Virus record (IMG/VR): IMGVR_UViG_3300046002_005110
Location: 16,943-80,942 of that record
Length of the DNA: 64,000 nucleotides
DNA from: a virus
Strand: one strand, 5' to 3'
This document shows positions 9,190 to 16,750 of the stretch, piece by piece. The translations under genes were made by a program, and so were the position numbers. The notes beneath the pieces were generated by a model. It was not told the DNA's origin. It searched no databases and worked only from the letters and a program-made list of their open reading frames with translations. The first letter of the stretch is position 1, and every line of letters starts with the position of its first letter.

Positions 9190-9480
9190 CACCCCCCTCT
9201 TTTTCTTCTATTAAACCAGATATTTTCTCTGGGGGAAGAACGTTCGCCGAAGCACCGATAAAACCCATAACTATTTGTCATTGATCTGTTGACGCAGTAA
9301 AATTCCTTCCGAGAGGATGGTTACGTTTAGAGACTAGTTGCGCTTAGTATTGTCCGCGCTTTGGTCTTACTCCACAGACAGTGGTCGGATTGTCTGTAAC
9401 GTTTCTAGTTAGATTAGACAGGTAATTGTTTGACCTGTGGGCTACATGATGTTTCATGTGCCTTGCTCTGTTTAGTGTAG
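9190..9480. ncRNA. Candidate structured non-coding RNA, family unrecognised
   Basis: 44% GC over 9241-9480 (counted) versus AT-rich flanks, several short stems, no credible ORF. Confidence 0.35.
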
Positions 9481-9481
9481 T

Positions 9482-10078
9482 TTAGATTGTGTTTAAAGTG
9501 TTGTTAGACTTGGTGTCAGTTGAGTATTTTGTAGATTGTTGATTAGATGAGAGTAGTTTGACCAATGATCCATATCTCTGAAAAAATGGTTCAAACGAGT
9601 ATATATTCCAAGCACCATGTACTCTAGTTGAATAAGTTACATGATTGAGATCCATCCACAAACCAGTTTGTTGTTGCTGATGATGTAGAATAGATGTCTT
9701 GACTTGTACTGCTACATAGCGACCTTTACGATTAAACTTCATTAATAAGATATTGAAGTCACCAGGATCACTAGCGGTCATCAATTGATCTATCCACGTT
9801 TCCAATTGCTTAGATTCGTCAAATAGTTGATGAAATTGAAAATCAGCATAAAACTTACATTCACAATTAAACAATGGAAAACTTTGACCAGGAATAATAT
9901 CCCCTTTAAAGTTTCTAATTTGTCCCTCATGTAATATTTGTTTACGATGACTATTAGTACCACCAGTATAAGCACCAGAACCAGGTGCTCTCATGAAATT
10001 TTCTCCATATAACTCTGATAGAAATTTGGAAACTTCACGTTCAAACCCACTTCCTTTGTTTTTACTTTTACTTGGCAT
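9482..10078 (-). CDS. Holliday junction resolvase (Hjc-like PD-(D/E)xK nuclease)
   Basis: SKNKGSGFERE, RAPGSGA, GDII, ECKFY motifs. Confidence 0.8.
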   Translation of the reverse strand: MPSKSKNKGSGFEREVSKFLSELYGENFMRAPGSGAYTGGTNSHRKQILHEGQIRNFKGDIIPGQSFPLFNCECKFYADFQFHQLFDESKQLETWIDQLMTASDPGDFNILLMKFNRKGRYVAVQVKTSILHHQQQQTGLWMDLNHVTYSTRVHGAWNIYSFEPFFQRYGSLVKLLSSNQQSTKYSTDTKSNNTLNTI

Positions 10079-10115
10079 GGTAATACTTATCTCTTGATTG
10101 TTAAATTTAAAAATT

Positions 10116-10355
10116 TTATGTCCAGTCAGTTATAAACTGATCTTTGACTTCTACATTGGGAAATAACCAACGTGATACAAAATCAGTTTGGTGTTCTGCC
10201 GTACAATTATGATCAGTCAACCATGATTCAATATCTTTCCAATTTGGTCCAACATGAACAATGTTGACGATTAATTCATTATCAGTATTAAAATTTATAA
10301 CATATAAATTTCGTGATAACTTACTTATTTTAATTTTTTCATAATTTATTTTCAT
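10116..10355 (-). CDS. Hypothetical protein
   Basis: 79 aa, ATGA overlap with gp46 stop. Confidence 0.65.
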   Translation of the reverse strand: MKINYEKIKISKLSRNLYVINFNTDNELIVNIVHVGPNWKDIESWLTDHNCTAEHQTDFVSRWLFPNVEVKDQFITDWT

Positions 10356-12439
10356 ACCTGAGTCTCCATGGTAGTTTCATATGATGTGAATCCGCCCTCT
10401 TTAATAACTTTTAGAACACTGGATACACGATTTGTTAGTTCATCTCTGTGTGAGACAAGCCATACTGATTTGTTACGTCTACGTGACATATCTTTTAGTA
10501 GAGCAATACTATTTTCAACTCCAATAGTATCTAAACCATTATCAATCAACTCATCAACAAATAATACATTGATAGGACTATATAGTGATTCATATACATC
10601 TCTAAATGAAAAAGATAGCCCAAGGATCAGTCTATTACGCTCACCACGACTTAGATTATCAAAGTCTAGCTCACGACCTAGCTCAGTGATTTCAACTGTT
10701 AAATCATTCTGAAATACAACTGTGTGTGGTAACCCCATGGCATCCAAATAGAAAGACAGACGACTGTTCAAATAAGTTAAATTTTGTTCAATAATCTTTT
10801 TACGAACGAAAGATTTTTTGTTTGTCAACAAATCTAACAAGTATTCTTGATGTTGCATGACTCTTGTTAGTTGATTGATATGATCAAATGATACAGTTTG
10901 AATGGCTTCACGTTCCATTTCGGCGATTTGATCTATATATGGATCAGTTTCATCATGTTTATTGGCAATTTGATCCAATAATGAACTAACTCTAGATGAA
11001 TGTTTAATTGCCTGATCTTCTGTATCATAATGAGTTACAGGTAACTCACCACATACAATCTCGTCAGCACTAATATCAATTATCTGTAGATCGTATGGGT
11101 CTTGTTCCTGACGTTTGTTCTCAATTTCTATTTGTAAATTCAATACAGTATAACCATGTTTAATGGCATCACTTTCATTCTTATAATGTGTTACTGGCGT
11201 AATATTTATAACAATCACCGAATCATTAAGTAATTCAAGTTGACTGTTAAGATCAAATATTCTGACTAACGATAAATCCAATGATTCATTCTTTAATTTT
11301 AAGACTGATTCATGATTATGATCATGAAAATCTTGTCCACATGCATAACATTTGTTTTCTTTTAGAGTTTTTATTTCATTTTCTATCTTCTCAGAGTTTT
11401 TGGTTTCTTTATCTAGTTCAAGTTTAACTCTAACAATATCTTTTTTTATAGTATTCTGATCAACAACTTGTTGATTGTATACGGCTAAGTCTTTATGAGC
11501 CTGCAATTCAGCATCAATATTAATTGAATTGAGTTTCTCAAGTTTTTCACTCAATGATTTGATATCATTGGATCGTGATTGTTTCCAACTTGTTTGTCTA
11601 GCGACTAAACTATCATAACGATTTTTCTTTTCTAGACAATCATTATAAATGGATAGGTCTTTGTGTGACTTGAGTTCTAGATTAATGTCAATCTTACTCA
11701 ACTCATCATATTCGTTAACTAGTTTAGTTAAATCTTCATCATGTTTTGTTTTCCATAAACGTTGACGACGTTTGAGATTCTCAATCTGTTCACCAATACG
11801 TTTATTGGCTTCTTCAAGCGCACGTATACGATACTCTTCCTGTTGAATATCATCTTTGGTCTGTTTGTTCAGTATCTTAATGGCATCAGCTTTTTCAGAT
11901 AAGATAGTAACACCCAATAACTGTTCAATGATAACACGTTGATCATTGGCTTTAAGTGATAGAAATGGTTCGTTGTAAGTATTCAGACCAACAATGTGTC
12001 TGAACATATCACTACTCATGTGTAAGACCTTTTCAATAGCGTCCTGAGTTTCACGACTGTCACCTTGACTGTCATTGGTCTCTTCACTAGCCATTTCTTG
12101 ATCATTTACATAAAATTTCAAAAATGTAGGTTTACGTCCACGTTCAATTCGGTATTCAATATCATCTACTGAGAATGATAGTGTTACAACCATGGCTTTA
12201 CCATTGGTTCTATTTATAAGATTGTCTTTTTTGATGTTGTTGATACCACCACCAAAAAGAGCATAAGATAATCCTTGCAAAATACTAGTTTTACCGGTAC
12301 CATTTTTAGCCCCATCACCACCTAAATCTAGATTTTCACCTAGAATTAACGTTAGGTCTTGATTGTTGAAATCGACTGTTTGACTAACAGCGCCAATAGA
12401 TAGAAAGTTCTTAAGAGTTAAAATACCAAGTGTAATCAT
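10352..12439 (-). CDS. gp46: Recombination endonuclease ATPase subunit (gp46/SbcC/Rad50)
   Basis: KNFLSIG, Walker A NGTGKTS, zinc hook CYAC, signature LSRGE, Walker B LFVDE, VSH. Confidence 0.95.
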   Translation of the reverse strand: MITLGILTLKNFLSIGAVSQTVDFNNQDLTLILGENLDLGGDGAKNGTGKTSILQGLSYALFGGGINNIKKDNLINRTNGKAMVVTLSFSVDDIEYRIERGRKPTFLKFYVNDQEMASEETNDSQGDSRETQDAIEKVLHMSSDMFRHIVGLNTYNEPFLSLKANDQRVIIEQLLGVTILSEKADAIKILNKQTKDDIQQEEYRIRALEEANKRIGEQIENLKRRQRLWKTKHDEDLTKLVNEYDELSKIDINLELKSHKDLSIYNDCLEKKNRYDSLVARQTSWKQSRSNDIKSLSEKLEKLNSINIDAELQAHKDLAVYNQQVVDQNTIKKDIVRVKLELDKETKNSEKIENEIKTLKENKCYACGQDFHDHNHESVLKLKNESLDLSLVRIFDLNSQLELLNDSVIVINITPVTHYKNESDAIKHGYTVLNLQIEIENKRQEQDPYDLQIIDISADEIVCGELPVTHYDTEDQAIKHSSRVSSLLDQIANKHDETDPYIDQIAEMEREAIQTVSFDHINQLTRVMQHQEYLLDLLTNKKSFVRKKIIEQNLTYLNSRLSFYLDAMGLPHTVVFQNDLTVEITELGRELDFDNLSRGERNRLILGLSFSFRDVYESLYSPINVLFVDELIDNGLDTIGVENSIALLKDMSRRRNKSVWLVSHRDELTNRVSSVLKVIKEGGFTSYETTMETQV

Positions 12440-13452
12440 ATGTTCCTATAAATATCCAACAATAACTTCTTGTCAAATGTTCCTTGTTCCAAACTTTCAA
12501 TTTGTGTTTGAATAATTGTATCCACGCTTTCAAATTGAGTATCTGAATTATCTGGATTATTGTCTGTGAAATCTCGTTTGATAGGAATCAATGTAAGTTC
12601 TCTAAGATGATGTTCTGGCATGAGTTTTTCACGAATGAAACTTGCCTCTTCAAACGAGATATCAATATCTAGATTGATTCTAACATAACTATCAGACAAT
12701 AACAAGCCACTTGGATCATCCAATACATCACTTAAATTATATACACGATACTTAGGGGCATTAGGCCAACCAAAATACATGGGTTCTTTGTCCCATTCTA
12801 ATACCATCATGCCACGTTTATCATCACCAGCATCGGCATAGTTATGAGGGAAGGCATTTCCAATATAGGTAATGTTATTTTTCTTTTGACGTTTGTGAAA
12901 ATGACCACTAAATACGGCTTCATATCCATTTAAATGTTCACTTTGAATTTCTTTATAATCTGGCATTTGAATCATGGCATTCATAAAGAAATTTGGAAGT
13001 TCTAGATGAGAGAATACATATTTCCCTTTCATCTTTTTAAGACGTTTCCATTCATCTCCAACGATCCACGGAATGATAGTTACATCTCCCTGTGTGAACC
13101 ATTCATCTATTATAATGACATTTGGAAGATGTTTTGCCCATTCTACTGAATGAGTATCTCTTTTATCTCTATAAAACATATCGTGATTACCCACGATAAA
13201 GTATATTTTATCAAATGCCGCACTTAACTTTTCAAGACCTCTAAGACTAAACTGTAGAGTTTGAATATTAATAGCGGCACGATTATGATGCCAATCTCCT
13301 AGAAAGAAACAAGTTTCACAGTTTTGTTTTTTAGCAGTTTCAATAAACCAATCAACGAAATTTGTACAATCCGTATTATGTTGTATTGAATTGTTTTTCA
13401 AACCCCAATGAATATCAGTGAATGTTGCTGCTTTTTTGAATAAATTTGTCAT
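12436..13452 (-). CDS. gp47: Recombination endonuclease nuclease subunit (gp47/SbcD/Mre11)
   Basis: DIHWG, LGDWHH, VGNHD, SGHFH metallophosphoesterase motifs; adjacent to gp46. Confidence 0.95.
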   Translation of the reverse strand: MTNLFKKAATFTDIHWGLKNNSIQHNTDCTNFVDWFIETAKKQNCETCFFLGDWHHNRAAINIQTLQFSLRGLEKLSAAFDKIYFIVGNHDMFYRDKRDTHSVEWAKHLPNVIIIDEWFTQGDVTIIPWIVGDEWKRLKKMKGKYVFSHLELPNFFMNAMIQMPDYKEIQSEHLNGYEAVFSGHFHKRQKKNNITYIGNAFPHNYADAGDDKRGMMVLEWDKEPMYFGWPNAPKYRVYNLSDVLDDPSGLLLSDSYVRINLDIDISFEEASFIREKLMPEHHLRELTLIPIKRDFTDNNPDNSDTQFESVDTIIQTQIESLEQGTFDKKLLLDIYRNI

Positions 13453-13458
13453 CTAGTG

Positions 13459-13487
13459 ATTATACAGTATGAAAATTGATTAATCAA
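13459..13487 (-). promoter_or_regulatory. Sigma70-type promoter for gp47/gp46 (probably leaderless)
   Basis: TTGATT-N17-TATAAT, 6 nt before ATG; 14-bp perfect palindrome ATTGATTAATCAAT (13475-13488) over the -35. Confidence 0.7.
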
Positions 13488-13501
13488 TATTTTCGGAGTG
13501 A

Positions 13502-14443
13502 TTAACCAATATTACGTCTTTTTTCTCTTTCGCTATCTAAACTATGTTGACGAGTGAAACTGGGATTTAACCCATTAGATTCCAAAATATCATCTCTAAT
13601 GTTTTGAACACGTTTTTCTGTATTAAGAACACGACAGAAACTATTGGTAATAGCGGCTGTATAGTAGGCAAATGGATTTTGTGATTTAGCTTCATTGAAA
13701 CGTAAACCAACGTATGTCAATTGTAAAATGGCTGCACCTCTCATCTCATCCACGTAAGTATAACCACGCCAATTGAATCTTAATGAATACTTTTCACATA
13801 GTTTCAAGTACATGTTAGCCAACTTATTTGTAATTTGACCATGATCTTTTGAAAAATCTCCAGTTTTCAAATCACCAACCCAATGACTTTTACCAACACA
13901 AACTAGTGAATTTTTATCATTAATTTTGAAATGTTGAAATGGAGGGAAGTTTAAACGAACGTGAACCATATTATCTAGACCCATTTCTTTTGCTAATCCT
14001 TTGTCTTCCAAATCTTCAAATAGAATATCTTCTGTTGGTTCAAAGTCAAAGATTTCTTTTGCTGATTTTGGTTTGGAATTCTTTCTTGGTTGTTTTGGAG
14101 CAACTGGTATATGATCCCAAGTCATGACTCTAAAAACCAAATCTGTATTTTTAATGGTTTCTGGGTCAATTTTTTCTGTTTTGATTTTTACACCATCTGG
14201 ACCAACTACTTGACTCAATCTAGCCGCTCGATTTTCTTTAGCTTTTTGAATAGTTTCTGGTTTACTGGTATATTCCAAACTACGTTCTAGATTATTATTA
14301 TCTTCATAATCTACAATAAAGTCATATTGATGATCATCTAGAGTTTCAAATTTACAATATGAATTTTTACTTGCATGTATTTCTTTTAAAATATCTTTAT
14401 TGTTTAGATAGTTCTTTTTTGCTGGAATTTTTGTTGTGATCAT
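13502..14443 (-). CDS. gp55: Late-transcription sigma factor (T4 gp55 family) with large insertion
   Basis: KNYLNNKDIL N-terminus; NWRGYTYVDEM, RFNEAKSQNPFAYYT...NSFCRVLNTEKR. Confidence 0.9.
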   Translation of the reverse strand: MITTKIPAKKNYLNNKDILKEIHASKNSYCKFETLDDHQYDFIVDYEDNNNLERSLEYTSKPETIQKAKENRAARLSQVVGPDGVKIKTEKIDPETIKNTDLVFRVMTWDHIPVAPKQPRKNSKPKSAKEIFDFEPTEDILFEDLEDKGLAKEMGLDNMVHVRLNFPPFQHFKINDKNSLVCVGKSHWVGDLKTGDFSKDHGQITNKLANMYLKLCEKYSLRFNWRGYTYVDEMRGAAILQLTYVGLRFNEAKSQNPFAYYTAAITNSFCRVLNTEKRVQNIRDDILESNGLNPSFTRQHSLDSEREKRRNIG

Positions 14444-14468
14444 ATGCTCTTTAGGTTAATATGTTGCA

Positions 14469-14497
14469 ATTATACAACACAAGGTTGTGTAAGTCAA
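14469..14497 (-). promoter_or_regulatory. Sigma70-type promoter for gp55
   Basis: TTGACT-N17-TATAAT; spacer contains ACACAA-GG-TTGTGT inverted repeat (14477-14490). Confidence 0.8.
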
Positions 14498-14540
14498 GTG
14501 AATTGGAAGATTGGTGAAAAAATACGACTATTATTTTGCG

Positions 14541-14547
14541 CTAAATA
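14541..14547 (+). promoter_or_regulatory. Putative late promoter (CTAAATA) of baseplate operon
   Basis: Motif upstream of first structural gene; SD GGAG at 14579-14582. Confidence 0.6.
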
Positions 14548-14590
14548 GTAGTAGAGGTATTCTATTTAGGGTAATACCGGAGACAACTAT

Positions 14591-16450
14591 ATGGGCAATC
14601 TTACACAAAAAACTGCGAGCGAAATAGCTGCTTTAAAAACCAATCAAGGTGAGGCTATTAATGCGGCAAATACCATTATAAACAGTCCCAAGTATACTCA
14701 GACCGCAGAATTACTTGATCGTGCAAATAAAACGGCAGAAACTGCAGCAGCAGTGTATGCAGAAACATTAGCTAATAGAAGTACTACTCCTGAACAAATA
14801 GCGTCTGCTAAAGCGGCATATAATGCTGCTAGTGATGTTCGAACATCTCTAACTCAATCACTTACAGAAATGACTGCTCAGGCCAATAATTTATTGGCGG
14901 ACGCCGCATCATATCAATCTTCTGTTGATAGAACCGCGGCAACTCAAACTACTTCTCCAGCGCCAACACTTGCTCAAGATCAGGCAGCTGCCACTGAGGC
15001 AGGTAAGATTGCGGCCTCTCAGGCGTCCCCAAATCCTCCGCCTGTTCTTGAACCTGTTCAGAATTTAGCGGATTTTGACCCTAATATTCCTACTCCTATA
15101 ACTCAAGAAATTCGTTCAGAATCAACAACTAATAACTCTTCTCCATCTAACCAAGTTACCGGAATAGTTGATATAGGGGCGTTTGATCCAAATGTAACTA
15201 CATCACGAGAGGATATCAAGACCGTATCAAATGACGAAGTACGTAATTTATTACGTAAAGATGCTGAAAATATAATACAAGAAAATCAACGTGATGTCAC
15301 GACAGATGGAGAAATTGGCAATTTTCAAGCGGCTGATGCTCAAGCATCACAAGATCAACTAGTAGTTAATGTTACTACAGAAGGTATTAAGACTGTTGAT
15401 CTGATATCTGGAACAACATATGATGCAGAAACAATTAATCCTGGATCTGACCCAAACATTCGTCCTGGTACTATCATATATGATGATGGTAGTAGTTTGT
15501 ATTATGATCCCAATACAGGTGAAACAATTACTACTGATACTGATGGTAATACATCTAGTTCAATTTTAATACCAACAACTGATAGTACAGAAAATAATAG
15601 TCTTCTCTCTGCAACATCTACATTACCTAATAGAAATCAACAATCTGGTATAGGATCACCTAAAGATTGGCGTTTTAGAATGAGTTTGGCACCTAGTGCA
15701 AATTATCTATACAAAGCCGCAACTCCTGGAATTTTAAAACCATTACTGGCAACTAATGGAGTTATTTTCCCGTATAGTCCACAAATAAATGTATCTTATA
15801 ATGCAAGTTATAGTTCTTCTGATCTAGTACATACTAATTACAAAATATATAACTATAAAAACAGTAGTATTGAGTCTATCGGTATTACTGGAGAGTTTAC
15901 ATGTCAAGATAGTGCTGAAGCCAATTATGTATTGGCGGTTATACATTTCTTTAAAAGTGTAACTAAAATGTTTTATGGACAAGATCAAAATCCTCCAAGA
16001 GGTACTCCTCCTCCATTAGTGTATTTAAGTGGGTTTGGGCAATATCAATTTGATATGCATCCAGTTGTTGTTACAAGTTTTACACATACATTTCCGGCTG
16101 ATGTGGATTATGTCAATGCTTATCCTACTAATAATAGTGTCTCAATAGGTGGACAAAACATGGCTCCATATATGCCTCAAATTGCAACCTTCTTTAGTCC
16201 ATTGGATAGACTAAGAACATTGGCTAGCAACATTGTACCTGGAGGTAGAGCACCACCACCAACATTTATTAATAGTAAGAATATTAATGAAGTAACTAGG
16301 GTGCCTGCAAAAATTACCATTCAGTTGACATGTTTGCCAATAATAACAAGACAAGCCATGTCCAATGCATTTAGTTTGCAAAAATATGCTAGTGGGGAAT
16401 TGATGAGAGGAAGTGTAAATTTCGGAAAAACAGGCGGAGGTATTTGGTAA
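14591..16450 (+). CDS. Baseplate tail-tube initiator/cap-like protein with long low-complexity N-terminal extension
   Basis: C-terminal DWR..SL, GVIFPYSP, HTNY, FYG, GTPPPLVYLSGFG, PVVVTSF resembles tube-fold initiators; precedes gp53-like gene. Confidence 0.55.
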   Translation: MGNLTQKTASEIAALKTNQGEAINAANTIINSPKYTQTAELLDRANKTAETAAAVYAETLANRSTTPEQIASAKAAYNAASDVRTSLTQSLTEMTAQANNLLADAASYQSSVDRTAATQTTSPAPTLAQDQAAATEAGKIAASQASPNPPPVLEPVQNLADFDPNIPTPITQEIRSESTTNNSSPSNQVTGIVDIGAFDPNVTTSREDIKTVSNDEVRNLLRKDAENIIQENQRDVTTDGEIGNFQAADAQASQDQLVVNVTTEGIKTVDLISGTTYDAETINPGSDPNIRPGTIIYDDGSSLYYDPNTGETITTDTDGNTSSSILIPTTDSTENNSLLSATSTLPNRNQQSGIGSPKDWRFRMSLAPSANYLYKAATPGILKPLLATNGVIFPYSPQINVSYNASYSSSDLVHTNYKIYNYKNSSIESIGITGEFTCQDSAEANYVLAVIHFFKSVTKMFYGQDQNPPRGTPPPLVYLSGFGQYQFDMHPVVVTSFTHTFPADVDYVNAYPTNNSVSIGGQNMAPYMPQIATFFSPLDRLRTLASNIVPGGRAPPPTFINSKNINEVTRVPAKITIQLTCLPIITRQAMSNAFSLQKYASGELMRGSVNFGKTGGGIW

Positions 16451-16749
16451 TGAGTTACCCAACAAGCAGTCCTTATTATTTGACACCCGTTGTCAATAAC
16501 GTTTATTTAGATATTATGACAAATAGACCAATTTTTAGTGATCCAACTGATGTGTATTGGGAAATAACGGCAACATATAATCTTAGACCAGATTTGTTAG
16601 CTAGTGACTTATATAATGACAGTAGATTATGGTGGGTATTTGCTCAACGAAATCCAAACAAATTAAAAGATCCATTGTTTGATTTTGTAAATGGTGTTAA
16701 TATTTATATACCAACATTAGATGCTTTGAAAGCATCATTGGGAATATAA
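16450..16749 (+). CDS. Baseplate wedge LysM-like protein (T4 gp53-like)
   Basis: YNLRPDLLASDLYNDSRLWWVFAQRN...IYIP; TAATG overlap puts start at 16450. Confidence 0.75.
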   Translation: MSYPTSSPYYLTPVVNNVYLDIMTNRPIFSDPTDVYWEITATYNLRPDLLASDLYNDSRLWWVFAQRNPNKLKDPLFDFVNGVNIYIPTLDALKASLGI

Positions 16750-16750
16750 T

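Noticed and set aside
9041-9268. 75-aa minus-strand ORF in the non-coding block
   Set aside because: Runs through the hairpin cluster, atypical composition, no SD; structure explains the region better
9440-9480. RNase P RNA, tmRNA or group I intron (GAGCAAGGC on minus strand)
   Set aside because: Other conserved elements (GAGGAAAGUCC, tRNA-like ends, P7 core) not found by eye
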